64,000 nt of DNA from positions 14,419 through 78,418 of the forward strand of contig DATAID010000070.1 of the NCBI GenBank assembly GCA_036262835.1. Direction: 5' to 3'. The translations under genes and the position numbers were made by a program. The first letter of the stretch is position 1; every line of letters begins with the position of its first letter. The notes under the pieces are model-generated. The model saw only the letters and a program-made list of their open reading frames with translations, ran no database searches and was not told the origin of the DNA. The stretch is from Burkholderiales bacterium (GTDB lineage Bacteria; Pseudomonadota; Gammaproteobacteria; Burkholderiales; SG8-39). Shown here one piece after another: positions 14,334 to 25,056 of the stretch.

Positions 14334-15218
14334 TCAGCCCAGCTCGTCGATCGAGCGCGGCCAGCTCTTCTTGAGCAGCCGCGAAAGCGCCCGGTCGGCG
14401 AGCAGGCGCCCGCCCGTCTGGCATTTGGCACAGTAATTGGTCTCGTTCTCCGCGTACACGATGCGCTGCACCGGCGCCCCGCAGTCGGGGCAGGGCTTGC
14501 CGTAGCGGCCGTGCACCGCCATCCCTTCGCGGAACGCCGTCACCTTTTCCGGAAACCGGCCGCCTGATTCCTCCTTCAGCCTCTCACTCCAGGACCTGAG
14601 CGTATGGACCGTCGCATCGAACAATCCCCGGATCTCCGCCTCATCGAGGGCGCCGGTCAGCGCGACCGGCGAAAGCCGCGCGCGGTGCAGGATCTCGTCG
14701 GAGTAGGCGTTGCCGATGCCGGCGAAAAGCCGCGGGTCCGTCAGCGCGCGCTTCAGGGTGTGATTCTCTTTCCGGATGCGGGCGGCGAATTCCGCGTAAT
14801 TGCCGGCGAGAACTTCCAGTCCTCCTGGGTCCATGGCCTGCAGCGCAGGCTCCCCTTCGACGACGTGCAGTGAAGCGCGGCGCCGGGTACCCGCTTCGGT
14901 GAAGGCCAGCGTTCCGTTCTCGAGCTCGAAGCTCGCGAGGGTGATCCGGCCTGGCGGCTTGTCCTTCGGCTCCAGCCAGCGCAGCCGTCCCGCGACCATG
15001 AGGTGCAGGACGAGGAAGAGCTTGCCTTCCAGCTCGATCACGATGCGCTTGCCCAGGCGCCGCAGCGCGGCGACGCGTCGTCCCTCGGCGGCGGAAAGCG
15101 GCGGCACCGCCGTGCGGAGCACGAACGGGTTGTGAAGTTTTGTGCGGAGCAGGCGTCTGCCCAAGACGCGCAACTCGAGATGCTCCATATAGACCAGCAG
15201 GTCAGGAAGTTCCGGCAC
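14334..15218 (-). CDS. Fpg/Nei-family DNA glycosylase / AP lyase
   Basis: N-terminal (M)PELPD catalytic start (GTG initiation), an H2TH region and a C-terminal zinc finger CPDCG...CAKCQ. Confidence 0.85.
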   Translation of the reverse strand: MPELPDLLVYMEHLELRVLGRRLLRTKLHNPFVLRTAVPPLSAAEGRRVAALRRLGKRIVIELEGKLFLVLHLMVAGRLRWLEPKDKPPGRITLASFELENGTLAFTEAGTRRRASLHVVEGEPALQAMDPGGLEVLAGNYAEFAARIRKENHTLKRALTDPRLFAGIGNAYSDEILHRARLSPVALTGALDEAEIRGLFDATVHTLRSWSERLKEESGGRFPEKVTAFREGMAVHGRYGKPCPDCGAPVQRIVYAENETNYCAKCQTGGRLLADRALSRLLKKSWPRSIDELG

Positions 15219-15298
15219 GGCTCTAGCTTGGATGGACCGATAAGCGCTTTTTCGATGTCATTGCACTGTAAGCGACGCAGAATACTCTGGCAGGCACC

Positions 15299-15430
15299 AT
15301 GAGACTGATCCGCATCCTTTTCGGCTTCCGGCGCGTCCCGTTCCGCCGCGGCCGCTATTCCGAGGAAGTGCTGTTCGCGAGCTGGGTCGATCTGCCGGCC
15401 GCGTTCCGGGAGATAATTCCCCGGCGATGA
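15299..15430 (+). CDS. candidate 43-aa upstream ORF translationally coupled to the M20 peptidase
   Basis: ATG at 15299. Its TGA overlaps the M20 ATG (ATGA at 15427-15430). GC3 is about 80 percent, consistent with coding. No family recognised and below the ORF-track length cutoff. Confidence 0.3.
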   Translation: MRLIRILFGFRRVPFRRGRYSEEVLFASWVDLPAAFREIIPRR

Positions 15431-16821
15431 GCCGGGAGCAGGCGATTTCCCACGCTGAGGCATACTTCGACGGAGGCGGATTTTTCGCCGACCTCGCGCG
15501 CCGCGTCGCGATTCCCACCGAGAGCCAGAACCCCGAGCGCAAGGCCGAGCTCGAGCGCTACCTGGCGGGCGAGATCGGCCCCAGCTTTGAGCGCCTCGGC
15601 TTCAAGTTCAAGGTTTACCCCAATCCGAAGCCGCCGTACGGGCCGTTCCTGGTCGCCGAGCGCATCGAGGATCCTTCGCTCGTCACGGTCTTCACCTACG
15701 GGCACGGCGACGTCATCCGCGGCCAGGACGCAAGCTGGCGCGCCGGGCTCAATCCCTGGAAGCTCACGCGCGAGGGCGACCGTCTCTACGGCCGCGGCAC
15801 CGCCGACAACAAGGGGCAGCACTCGATCAACCTCGGCGCGATCGCCGCGGCGCTCGCGACGCGCGGCCGGCTCGGCTTCAACGTGAAGGTGCTGTACGAG
15901 ACGGGCGAGGAAACCGGCTCGCCCGGCCTGCGGGAATTTTGTGCCGAGAATAAAAGCCTTCTGAAGGCGGATGTCCTGATCGCCTCCGATGGCCCGCGGC
16001 TCTCGCCCAAGCGTCCGACGATCTTCCTCGGCACGCGCGGCGCATTCAACATGGACCTCGTCGTCGACTTGCGCGCGGGCGGGCACCACTCGGGCAACTG
16101 GGGCGGGCTGATCGCGAATCCCGGCATCATCCTCGCGCAGGCGCTGGCCACGATCACGGGCCCCAAGGGCGACATTCGGGTGCCCGAGTGGCGGCCCAAC
16201 ACGCTCACGGCGTCGGTGCGCGAAGCGCTCGCCGGCCTCGAAATCGACGGCGGGGTCGGCGCGCCCGAGATCGATCCCGACTGGGGCGAGCCGGGCCTCA
16301 CGCCCGCAGAGCGCGTCTTCGGCTGGTCGAGCTTCGAGGTGCTCGCCTTCACCTGCGGCAATCCGGACAAGCCCGTGAACGCAATCCCGCCGCGCGCGAG
16401 CTGCCACTGCCAGCTGCGCTACGTCGTCGGCATCGACCCGGCGGAAATCATTCCCGCGCTCCAGCGCCACCTCGACCAGGCCGGTTTTCCGATGGTCAAG
16501 GTGACGCCCGCGCGCGACGGCTTTTTTGCGGCGACACGCCTCGAGCCGGCGCATCCCTGGGTGAAGTGGACCAAGGCGTCGCTGGAGAAAACCAGCCAGC
16601 AGCCCACCGCGGTGCTCCCCAACCTGGGCGGTTCGCTGCCGAACGACGTGTTCTCCGACGTCCTCGGCCTGCCGACCGTCTGGATTCCGCACTCGTACGC
16701 GTCGTGCTCGCAGCACGCACCCGATGAGCATCTGCTTGCCCCCGTCGCGCGCGATGCGCTCCGGCTCATGGCCGGGGTGATGTGGGATCTGGGAGAGCTG
16801 AAAGGCCCGCCGGGTAGCTGA
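15427..16821 (+). CDS. M20-family metallopeptidase / dipeptidase-like hydrolase
   Basis: YGHGDV, GRGTADNKG and ETGEETGS motifs are typical of M20/M25/M40 hydrolases. 464 aa. Confidence 0.85.
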   Translation: MSREQAISHAEAYFDGGGFFADLARRVAIPTESQNPERKAELERYLAGEIGPSFERLGFKFKVYPNPKPPYGPFLVAERIEDPSLVTVFTYGHGDVIRGQDASWRAGLNPWKLTREGDRLYGRGTADNKGQHSINLGAIAAALATRGRLGFNVKVLYETGEETGSPGLREFCAENKSLLKADVLIASDGPRLSPKRPTIFLGTRGAFNMDLVVDLRAGGHHSGNWGGLIANPGIILAQALATITGPKGDIRVPEWRPNTLTASVREALAGLEIDGGVGAPEIDPDWGEPGLTPAERVFGWSSFEVLAFTCGNPDKPVNAIPPRASCHCQLRYVVGIDPAEIIPALQRHLDQAGFPMVKVTPARDGFFAATRLEPAHPWVKWTKASLEKTSQQPTAVLPNLGGSLPNDVFSDVLGLPTVWIPHSYASCSQHAPDEHLLAPVARDALRLMAGVMWDLGELKGPPGS

Positions 16822-16825
16822 CCTG

Positions 16826-17182
16826 CTAGCCGCTGTAGGTGCAGCTCTGGCCGATTGAGTCGCGCCGCACCGTGACGCGGGCGAGGCCGGGCAGCTTCGG
16901 CGCGAGTTCTTTCCAGATCCACACCGAAAGATTTTCCAGGCTCGGCTGCTCGAGGCCCTTCACGTCGTTCAGCATCCGGTGATCGAGCGCGGCGCGGACC
17001 TGGCCGCAGGCTTTCTCGATGTCGCCGAAGTCCACGATGAAGCCCGACTTCGCATCGGGCGTGCCGCTGACGGCGACCTCGACCTGGAACGAGTGCCCGT
17101 GCACGCCGTGGTAGGGATGCCCGGCCGGAAAGCTGCCGAAGCGGTGCGCGGCGTCGAACGCGAAGCGGTAGGAAAGCTCCAT
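16826..17182 (-). CDS. queD: 6-carboxy-5,6,7,8-tetrahydropterin synthase
   Basis: 118 aa. FDAAHRF...HGHSFQVEV...GFIVDFGDI are the PTPS/QueD signature. The upstream part of the listed ORF is shadow frame. Confidence 0.9.
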   Translation of the reverse strand: MELSYRFAFDAAHRFGSFPAGHPYHGVHGHSFQVEVAVSGTPDAKSGFIVDFGDIEKACGQVRAALDHRMLNDVKGLEQPSLENLSVWIWKELAPKLPGLARVTVRRDSIGQSCTYSG

Positions 17183-17184
17183 GG

Positions 17185-17817
17185 CTAGCGGATGCCGATC
17201 AGCTTGTGCGTCTGCAGGGAGAGGCGCCAGCGCGGATGGGCAAGGCAGTATTCGATCGCGAGCTGCGTGTTGCGCGCGCGCGCCGGGCCGTCCATGGGCT
17301 GCAGGAAGAAGTGCTTGAAGGGCAGGTCCTCGAATCTCGGCGGCTCGGCGCCTTCCTGCGGATAGACGAGCTTGATCTCGTCGCCGCGCTCGAGGACGAG
17401 CGGCGCGCCTGCCTTGGGGCTCACGCAGATCCAGTCGATGCCCGAGGGCGGGGATTGCGTCCCGTTCGTCTCGATCGCCACGCGGAACCCCGCGGCGTGC
17501 AGCGCGTCCACAAGCGGCGAATCGAGCTGGAGGAGCGGCTCTCCGCCGGTGCAGACGACGAGGGGAGGGGTGGGTGTTCCGTTTGGCAGCGCTTCTCTTA
17601 TCGCCGCGACCAGCAACTCTGGAGTCGAAAAGCGTCCGCCCCCGGTGCCGTCGGTACCGACGAACTCGGTGTCGCAGAACTTGCACACGGCGTCCGCACG
17701 GTCTTCCTCGCGCCCGCTCCACAGGTTGCAGCCCGCGAAGCGGCAAAAGACGGCGGGCGTGCCGGCGTTCGCGCCTTCGCCCTGCAGCGTGTAGAAGATT
17801 TCCTTTACCGAGTACAT
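17185..17817 (-). CDS. queE: 7-carboxy-7-deazaguanine synthase (radical SAM)
   Basis: MYSVKEIFYTLQGEGANAGTPAVFCRFAGCNLWSG and TGGEPLLQ are QueE signatures. 210 aa, ending 2 nt before the queD start. Confidence 0.9.
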   Translation of the reverse strand: MYSVKEIFYTLQGEGANAGTPAVFCRFAGCNLWSGREEDRADAVCKFCDTEFVGTDGTGGGRFSTPELLVAAIREALPNGTPTPPLVVCTGGEPLLQLDSPLVDALHAAGFRVAIETNGTQSPPSGIDWICVSPKAGAPLVLERGDEIKLVYPQEGAEPPRFEDLPFKHFFLQPMDGPARARNTQLAIEYCLAHPRWRLSLQTHKLIGIR

Positions 17818-17919
17818 GCGCGAATTATCCCGCAGAGTCCCCTTACAATAGCGGCCCTTTAACTCGGGTCCGCCGCGCCAGGTTCCGCGCGGCACGGCCG
17901 TCTCAGGAAAACTGATTCG

Positions 17920-19581
<1,662 letters not shown>

Positions 19582-19583
19582 GC

Positions 19584-20438
19584 GTGCAGCAGGCGATCCT
19601 CGTCGCCGTGCTCGCGACCATGGTCTACACCGTGTCGCTCGAGCTGCGGATCGAGGATTTCCGCTATGTGGCGCGCCATCCGGTGGCGGTCGGCATCGGC
19701 TTGCTCGCGCAGTTCGTGCTGCTGCCCGCGGCGACGCTCGGCCTGACGCTCGTGCTCGACCTGCCGGCGCCGACCGAGGCGGCGATGATGCTCGTGGCCG
19801 CCTGCCCGGGCGGCGCGCTCTCCAACGTGATCACCGCGTTCGGGCGCGGCAACCTTGCGCTCTCGCTCTCGATCTCGGCGGTCTCGAGCATCGCTGCGCT
19901 CATACTGACGCCGCTCAACTTTACGCTGATGATCACGGCCAACCCGGAGACGGCGGCCTGGGCGCGCTCCATCGCGGTGAATCCCCTCGACCTTGTCTTG
20001 AGTCTTTTTCTTTTATTGGCCCTTCCCATCACGGCAGCGATGCTCACCACCCGGCATCAGCCCGCCCTGGCAGCGAAGATCCGCAAGCCGCTGGCGAGGT
20101 TCGCCGGCGTGGCGCTGGCTGCGTTCATCGTGCTCGCGGTAGCGGCGCAATGGAAGGTGTTCGTGATCGAGCTCGGCCGCACGCTGCCGATCGTCATCCT
20201 GCACAACGGCCTGGGACTTCTGCTCGGCTACCTCGGCTCTCTCGCCGCGCGCCTGCCGGTCGCCGACCGGCGCGCGGTGGTCATCGAAGGCGGAATGCAG
20301 AATTCGGGGCTCGCGCTCGGCATTATTGCCGCCCAGTTCGGCTCGAGCCTCCCCATGGTCGCGGTCGCCGGCCTCTGGGGCATCTGGCACATCGTGTCGG
20401 GCGGGACGCTCGCGCTCCTCTGGCGGCGCCGGAAATGA
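19584..20438 (+). CDS. bile acid:sodium symporter (BASS) family transporter
   Basis: Polytopic membrane protein. MLVAACPGGALSNV and IEGGMQNSGLAL motifs are typical of BASS/Acr3-type carriers. GTG start 2 nt after the ettA stop (start uncertain). Confidence 0.8.
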   Translation: MQQAILVAVLATMVYTVSLELRIEDFRYVARHPVAVGIGLLAQFVLLPAATLGLTLVLDLPAPTEAAMMLVAACPGGALSNVITAFGRGNLALSLSISAVSSIAALILTPLNFTLMITANPETAAWARSIAVNPLDLVLSLFLLLALPITAAMLTTRHQPALAAKIRKPLARFAGVALAAFIVLAVAAQWKVFVIELGRTLPIVILHNGLGLLLGYLGSLAARLPVADRRAVVIEGGMQNSGLALGIIAAQFGSSLPMVAVAGLWGIWHIVSGGTLALLWRRRK

Positions 20439-20464
20439 AAACGGCGCGAGCTGGGACTCGCGCC
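20432..20464 (-). terminator. rho-independent terminator for the small Q/E-rich ORF
   Basis: On the minus strand: GGCGCGAG-TCCCAG-CTCGCGCC (8-bp GC stem) followed by GTTTTCATTT, 22 nt after the stop at 20487. Confidence 0.55.
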
Positions 20465-20486
20465 GCCTCGAGACTTCGGGAGTGAA

Positions 20487-20600
20487 CTACTCGCCCTGCT
20501 TCTCTTCGCCTTGCTGGGCCTGCTTTTGCTGTTCCTGGCCCTGATCCGGCTTCTGCTGCTCGTTCTGCTGCTGCTCGTTGCCCTGCTTCTCGTCGCTCAT
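20487..20600 (-). CDS. candidate 37-aa hydrophilic Gln/Glu-rich protein
   Basis: ATG at 20600 with AGGAG 7 nt upstream. Translation: MSDEKQGNEQQQNEQQKPDQGQEQQKQAQQGEEKQGE. High GC3, with its own terminator. Below the ORF-track cutoff. Confidence 0.5.
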   Translation of the reverse strand: MSDEKQGNEQQQNEQQKPDQGQEQQKQAQQGEEKQGE

Positions 20601-20703
20601 CTTCATCTCCTGTGATCGGCCGCGAACGCGACCGGCAGGCAGGATAAGGAAGTTGCGAGCAAAAATATGTCGCGCGATCCGGCGACTTGGCGTAGCGGTC
20701 TCG

Positions 20704-21825
20704 CTACGAGCGACCGAGGAGCGGCAGCGCGCTGAACACGTGCGGCTCGGTCACCGGCGGCGCGGCGGTCACGTGATGCGGCGTGAGCTCGGCAAGCGAG
20801 GCAATGCCGAGCAGGCCGAGGCAGGTGCGGACTTCCTCTTCGAGGATCTCGAGCGCGCGCACGAGCCCGGCGCTGCCGGCGGCGCCGAGGCCGAAGCCCG
20901 TGAAGCGGCCGAGACCCACGGTCTTCGCGCCGAGCGCGATCGCCTTCACGATGTCGGTGCCGCGCATGAACCCGCCATCGACCCAGACTTCGGCGCGGGT
21001 GCCGACCCGGGCGACCACTTCGGGCATAACCGCGGCGCTGCCAAGACCATGGTCGAGCTGCCGCCCGCCGTGGTTCGACACGTACACCACCTCGACGCCG
21101 TGCTCCACGGCCAGCTCGGCGTCCTCCGCCGTCGCGATGCCCTTGATGATCAGGGGAAATTTCGGGAATTTGCGCTTGTAGCGCTCGACCTGCTGCCACG
21201 AAAGGCCGGCCTGGAAGACACGGCCAGCGTCGGTCGCCGTGGCCCGCCAGGGCTTCACGTACCGGCTCGCGAGATCGCGCTCGCGCCGGCTGTACATCGC
21301 GACATCCACGGTCAGGCAGAAGGCGAGATAGCCATGGTCGATGGCCCGCTGCACGTAATCGTCCACCCAGGCGTCGTCGCCCCGGACGTAGAGCTGGAAG
21401 ACGCGGAGGTTGTCCGCAGCGGCGGCGGTGCCCTCCAGCCCCGGCTTGCAGACCGAGGAGAGCATCTGCGGCACGCCGAACTCGCCCGAGGCGCGCGCGG
21501 CGGCCGCGGCGCCCTCGGCGACGATGGACTCGAGCCCGCCGATGGGGGCGAGCAGGACGGGCAGCCGGGTTTTTCTGCCGAGGAACGACCCGGAGGGATC
21601 GACGTGGCGGACATCGCGAAGGATGCGCGGCCGGAACGCGAGCGAATCGAGCGCCTGTCGGTTGCGCCGGACGGTCGTCTCCGTCTCGGCACCGCCGACG
21701 AGGTAACCCCACGGGCCCGGCGCGAGATTGCGGCGCGCGGCCTCGACGATCTCGTGCAGGGTGAGAAACTCCTCCTGCAAATTGCCGGTGGACGGGGCGT
21801 TCACGGCGCGTAGGCTAGCACTCAA
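20704..21825 (-). CDS. FMN-dependent alpha-hydroxy-acid dehydrogenase/oxidase family protein
   Basis: Colinear with the LldD/glycolate oxidase family: AFRPRILRDV, PVLLAPIGG, SNHGGRQLD, DGGFMRGTDIVKAIALGA. Start is TTG 21825 or GTG 21804. Confidence 0.85.
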   Translation of the reverse strand: MSASLRAVNAPSTGNLQEEFLTLHEIVEAARRNLAPGPWGYLVGGAETETTVRRNRQALDSLAFRPRILRDVRHVDPSGSFLGRKTRLPVLLAPIGGLESIVAEGAAAAARASGEFGVPQMLSSVCKPGLEGTAAAADNLRVFQLYVRGDDAWVDDYVQRAIDHGYLAFCLTVDVAMYSRRERDLASRYVKPWRATATDAGRVFQAGLSWQQVERYKRKFPKFPLIIKGIATAEDAELAVEHGVEVVYVSNHGGRQLDHGLGSAAVMPEVVARVGTRAEVWVDGGFMRGTDIVKAIALGAKTVGLGRFTGFGLGAAGSAGLVRALEILEEEVRTCLGLLGIASLAELTPHHVTAAPPVTEPHVFSALPLLGRS

Positions 21826-21866
21826 CGGTTAAACTCGACATCCATCGCAGCAAAAAGGGGAATGCA

Positions 21867-22721
21867 ATGCGGCTTTTGAGTTTTCGCTCCAAAAAAGGTG
21901 CTCCGGTGCGGGTGGGAGCGATGGTGGACGACAGGAATTTTGTCGTTTTGGGTCCTTCCGACATGCTTTCCCTCATCGAAGGCGGAAGAAAGGCGATAAA
22001 AATACCCAAAAAGGGAAAACCGATCGCGCTTTCCTCGGTGCAGGTCCTGGCGCCCATTCCGCGACCGCGCAAGAACGTCTTTTGCGTCGGCTGGAACTAC
22101 GTCGAGCACTTCCAGGAGGGCGCGAAGATGCGCGTCGGCCCGGTGCAGGAGCTGCCCGCGCACCCGACCTTCTTCAGCAAGGCGCCGACCGCGGTGAACG
22201 GTCCCTACGACAGGATCCCCCTCCATCCCGGCGTGACCGAGAAAGTGGACTGGGAGGTCGAGCTCGGCGTGATCATCGGCAGGGGCGGGAAGAACATCAA
22301 GGAGGCCGACGCCCTCAAGCATGTGTTCGGCTATACGGTCATCAACGACGTCTCGGCGCGCGACGTGCAGAGGAAGCACGGCCAGCAGTGGATGAAGGGC
22401 AAGAGCCTCGACGGCCACTGCCCGATGGGTCCGTGGATCGTGACCGCGGACGAAATCAAGGATTGGGCGACGCTCGACGTGATCTCGCGCGTGAACGGGG
22501 TGGTCAAGCAGAATTCGAATACGAAATACATGCACTTCAAGGTGCCGCGCATCATCGCCGAGCTCTCCGCGGGATTGACGCTCGAGCCCGGCGATATCAT
22601 CTCGACCGGCACACCGGCCGGGGTGGGGCACGCGCGCACGCCACCCGAATTCCTCAAGGCGGGCGACCTGCTCGAGACCGAGGTCGGCTCAATCGGCGTG
22701 CTCAAGAACCGGATCGGCTAG
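21867..22721 (+). CDS. fumarylacetoacetate hydrolase (FAH) family protein
   Basis: FCVGWNY, DWEVELGVIIG, NDVSARD and GDIISTGTPAGVG motifs of the FAH family. Confidence 0.88.
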   Translation: MRLLSFRSKKGAPVRVGAMVDDRNFVVLGPSDMLSLIEGGRKAIKIPKKGKPIALSSVQVLAPIPRPRKNVFCVGWNYVEHFQEGAKMRVGPVQELPAHPTFFSKAPTAVNGPYDRIPLHPGVTEKVDWEVELGVIIGRGGKNIKEADALKHVFGYTVINDVSARDVQRKHGQQWMKGKSLDGHCPMGPWIVTADEIKDWATLDVISRVNGVVKQNSNTKYMHFKVPRIIAELSAGLTLEPGDIISTGTPAGVGHARTPPEFLKAGDLLETEVGSIGVLKNRIG

Positions 22722-22730
22722 GAGCGCCCC

Positions 22731-23552
22731 ATGCCCACCGCGACCGAGAAGCGCAAGGCCTTCGCCGAGCTGCACAAGTCGGGCTGCTTCGTTATCCCGA
22801 ATCCCTGGAGCATTGGCACGGCCCGCTACCTCCAGGGGCTCGGATTCAAGGCGATCGCCAGCACGAGCGCGGGCTTCGCGCATTCGTGCGGGCGCCCGGA
22901 CGGCGGCGTCGGCCGCGACGAGGTGCTCGCGCACTACAGGGAGCTCGCCGAGGCGACCGACATCCCGCTCAATGCCGATTTCGAGAACGGCTTTGCCGAC
23001 GATCCCGACGGCGTGGCGGCGAATGTCACCCGGTGCATCGAGACCGGCGTGGCGGGCCTCTCGATCGAGGACTCGCCACAGCACGCGAAATTCCCGCTCT
23101 ACGAGTTCGACGTGGCGCTCGCGCGCGTCAAGGCGGCGCGTGCCGCGATCGACCGATCGGGCTCCGGCGTCGTCTTCACCGCGCGCACCGAGGGCTTCAT
23201 CCGCGGCAAGCCCGACATCGACGAGACGATCCGGCGCCTGAAGGCCTTCGCCGACGCCGGCGCGGACTGCCTTTATTCGCCCGGCATCCGCACCCGCGAG
23301 CACATCGAGGCGACGGTGAAGGCGGTGGGCGGCAAGGCGATCAACTTCCTAAATCCCGTTGCGCTTGGCTTCACGGTCGACGATATCGCCAAGATGGGCG
23401 TGCGCCGCATCAGCGTCGGCGGCACCCTCTCGCGCGTCGCGATGCATGCCTTTATCCGGTCGGCGACGCAGATCGCAAAGGAAGGCAAGTTCGAGCTCTT
23501 CGACGGCGTCGTCAGCAACGCCGAGCTGAACAAGTTCTTTTCCGGGAGCTAG
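22731..23552 (+). CDS. isocitrate lyase / PEP mutase family protein (methylisocitrate-lyase-like)
   Basis: FVIPNPWSIGTARYL, LNADFENGF, GLSIED and FTARTE motifs. SD AGGAG upstream. Confidence 0.85.
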   Translation: MPTATEKRKAFAELHKSGCFVIPNPWSIGTARYLQGLGFKAIASTSAGFAHSCGRPDGGVGRDEVLAHYRELAEATDIPLNADFENGFADDPDGVAANVTRCIETGVAGLSIEDSPQHAKFPLYEFDVALARVKAARAAIDRSGSGVVFTARTEGFIRGKPDIDETIRRLKAFADAGADCLYSPGIRTREHIEATVKAVGGKAINFLNPVALGFTVDDIAKMGVRRISVGGTLSRVAMHAFIRSATQIAKEGKFELFDGVVSNAELNKFFSGS

Positions 23553-24274
23553 AGAACGGCGCCGGGCTGGCCGAGCGCGTGCTCGGTCAGCTGGCGCACC
23601 ACCCAGTCGTAGGCGTCGTCCACCGAGTCGGTCGCGTGGAAGAGCTGCAGGTCGCGCTCGCTGATGGTGGCGTGCTTCACCAGGCTCTCGAAGTTGATCA
23701 CGCTCGACCAGTACTCCTTGCCGAAGAGGATGACCGGCATCTTCTTGGTCATCTTGCCGGTCTGCACCAGGGTCAGGATCTCGAACATCTCGTCCAGCGT
23801 GCCGAACCCACCCGGGAAGACGATCACCGCCTTCGCCATGTAGGCGAGCCAGAACTTGCGCATGAAGAAGTAGTGGAAGTGGAAGGCAAGCTCGCGCGTC
23901 ACGTACGGATTGATGCTCTCCTCGCGCGGCAGCGAGATCGCGAGCCCGACGTTGATGCCTTTCGCTTCCGAGGCGCCGCGGTTCGCGGCCTCCATGATCC
24001 CCGGGCCGCCGCCCGTGCACACGACGAAGCGGCGATCCTTCGTCTCCAGCGCCTTGGACCAGTTCGTCAGCCGGTGGGCGAGCTCGCGCGCCGCCTCGTA
24101 CCAGACCGAGCCCGGGTTGATGCGCGCCGAGCCGAAGAAGACGACCGTGTCCTCGACGCCGTGCTTCTCGAAGCGGATCTTGGGCTCGAGGTACTCCGCG
24201 AGGATGCGCAGCTCGCGCGCATCCTTGCTGTTTAAAAACTCGGCGTTGCTATAGGCCTTGGGGGATTTAGCCAC
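23549..24274 (-). CDS. LOG-family (TIGR00730) nucleotide 5'-monophosphate nucleosidase-like protein
   Basis: [23 protein letters not shown] and [12 protein letters not shown] motifs. GTG at 24274 lies 2 nt after the SDR stop. The ATG listed in the ORF track lies inside the SDR gene. Confidence 0.85.
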   Translation of the reverse strand: MAKSPKAYSNAEFLNSKDARELRILAEYLEPKIRFEKHGVEDTVVFFGSARINPGSVWYEAARELAHRLTNWSKALETKDRRFVVCTGGGPGIMEAANRGASEAKGINVGLAISLPREESINPYVTRELAFHFHYFFMRKFWLAYMAKAVIVFPGGFGTLDEMFEILTLVQTGKMTKKMPVILFGKEYWSSVINFESLVKHATISERDLQLFHATDSVDDAYDWVVRQLTEHALGQPGAVL

Positions 24275-25013
24275 GTCCTTCGAACGGCATTTTCGTCGCC
24301 TTGATGGTGAGAAAGAGGACGTTGGTTTCGATCGGGAAATTCGCCATGTGAAGCACTGCCTCGCCCACATGGTTCACGTCCATGAGCGGCTCGGGCTTGA
24401 TCGAGCCGTCCGCCTGCGGCACGCCTTTCGCCATGCGCTCGGCCATCTCGGTGCGCGCATTGCCGATGTCGATCTGGCCCACGGCGATGTCGTACTTGCG
24501 GCCATCCAGGGCGCCGGTCTTGGTGAGGCCCGACACGCCGTGCTTGGTGGCGGTATAGGCGACCGAGCCGGGGCGCGGCGCGTGCGCCGAAATGGAGCCG
24601 TTGTTGATGATGCGGCCGCCGCGCGGGTTCTGGTCCTTCATCACCCGGAAGGCTTCCTGCATGCACAGGAACATGCCCGTCAGGTTGATGTCGACGACGT
24701 ACTGCCATTTGTCGAGCGTGAGCTCCTCGAACGACACGCCCGGCGCGTTGACTCCGGCGTTGTTGAAGAGGACGTCCACGCGTCCCCATTTCTGCCTGGT
24801 CGCGGCAAAGAGCGCCTTCACCGAATCGGCCTTGGAGACGTCGGTCGGCACGCAGAGCGCACGGTCGCCCGCGCCCGACTCGCGCGCCGCGGTCTCGAGC
24901 GGCTCCTTGCGCCGCCCCGCGAGCGCGACCTTGTAGCCGCCTCTCAGGAGCGCGAGCGCCGCGGCCTTGCCGACGCCGCTGCCTGCGCCCGTGACGATTG
25001 CGATGCGTTCCAT
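24267..25013 (-). CDS. SDR-family oxidoreductase
   Basis: [10 protein letters not shown] cofactor motif, NNAG, and a YxxxK catalytic pair (YTATKHG). Confidence 0.9.
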   Translation of the reverse strand: MERIAIVTGAGSGVGKAAALALLRGGYKVALAGRRKEPLETAARESGAGDRALCVPTDVSKADSVKALFAATRQKWGRVDVLFNNAGVNAPGVSFEELTLDKWQYVVDINLTGMFLCMQEAFRVMKDQNPRGGRIINNGSISAHAPRPGSVAYTATKHGVSGLTKTGALDGRKYDIAVGQIDIGNARTEMAERMAKGVPQADGSIKPEPLMDVNHVGEAVLHMANFPIETNVLFLTIKATKMPFEGRG

Positions 25014-25056
25014 TCTCGCGCCCTCCCGGGAAAAAAGAGGGCGTAGGGTAACTCAT

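Noticed and set aside
16826-17817. The queD-queE pair as a possible 7-deazaguanine DNA-modification (dpd-like) island.
   Set aside because: No queC, folE, tgt/dpdA-like or helicase/nuclease genes are adjacent. The pair sits between housekeeping genes, so ordinary queuosine biosynthesis is the simpler reading. The region upstream of queE also does not resemble a preQ1 riboswitch.
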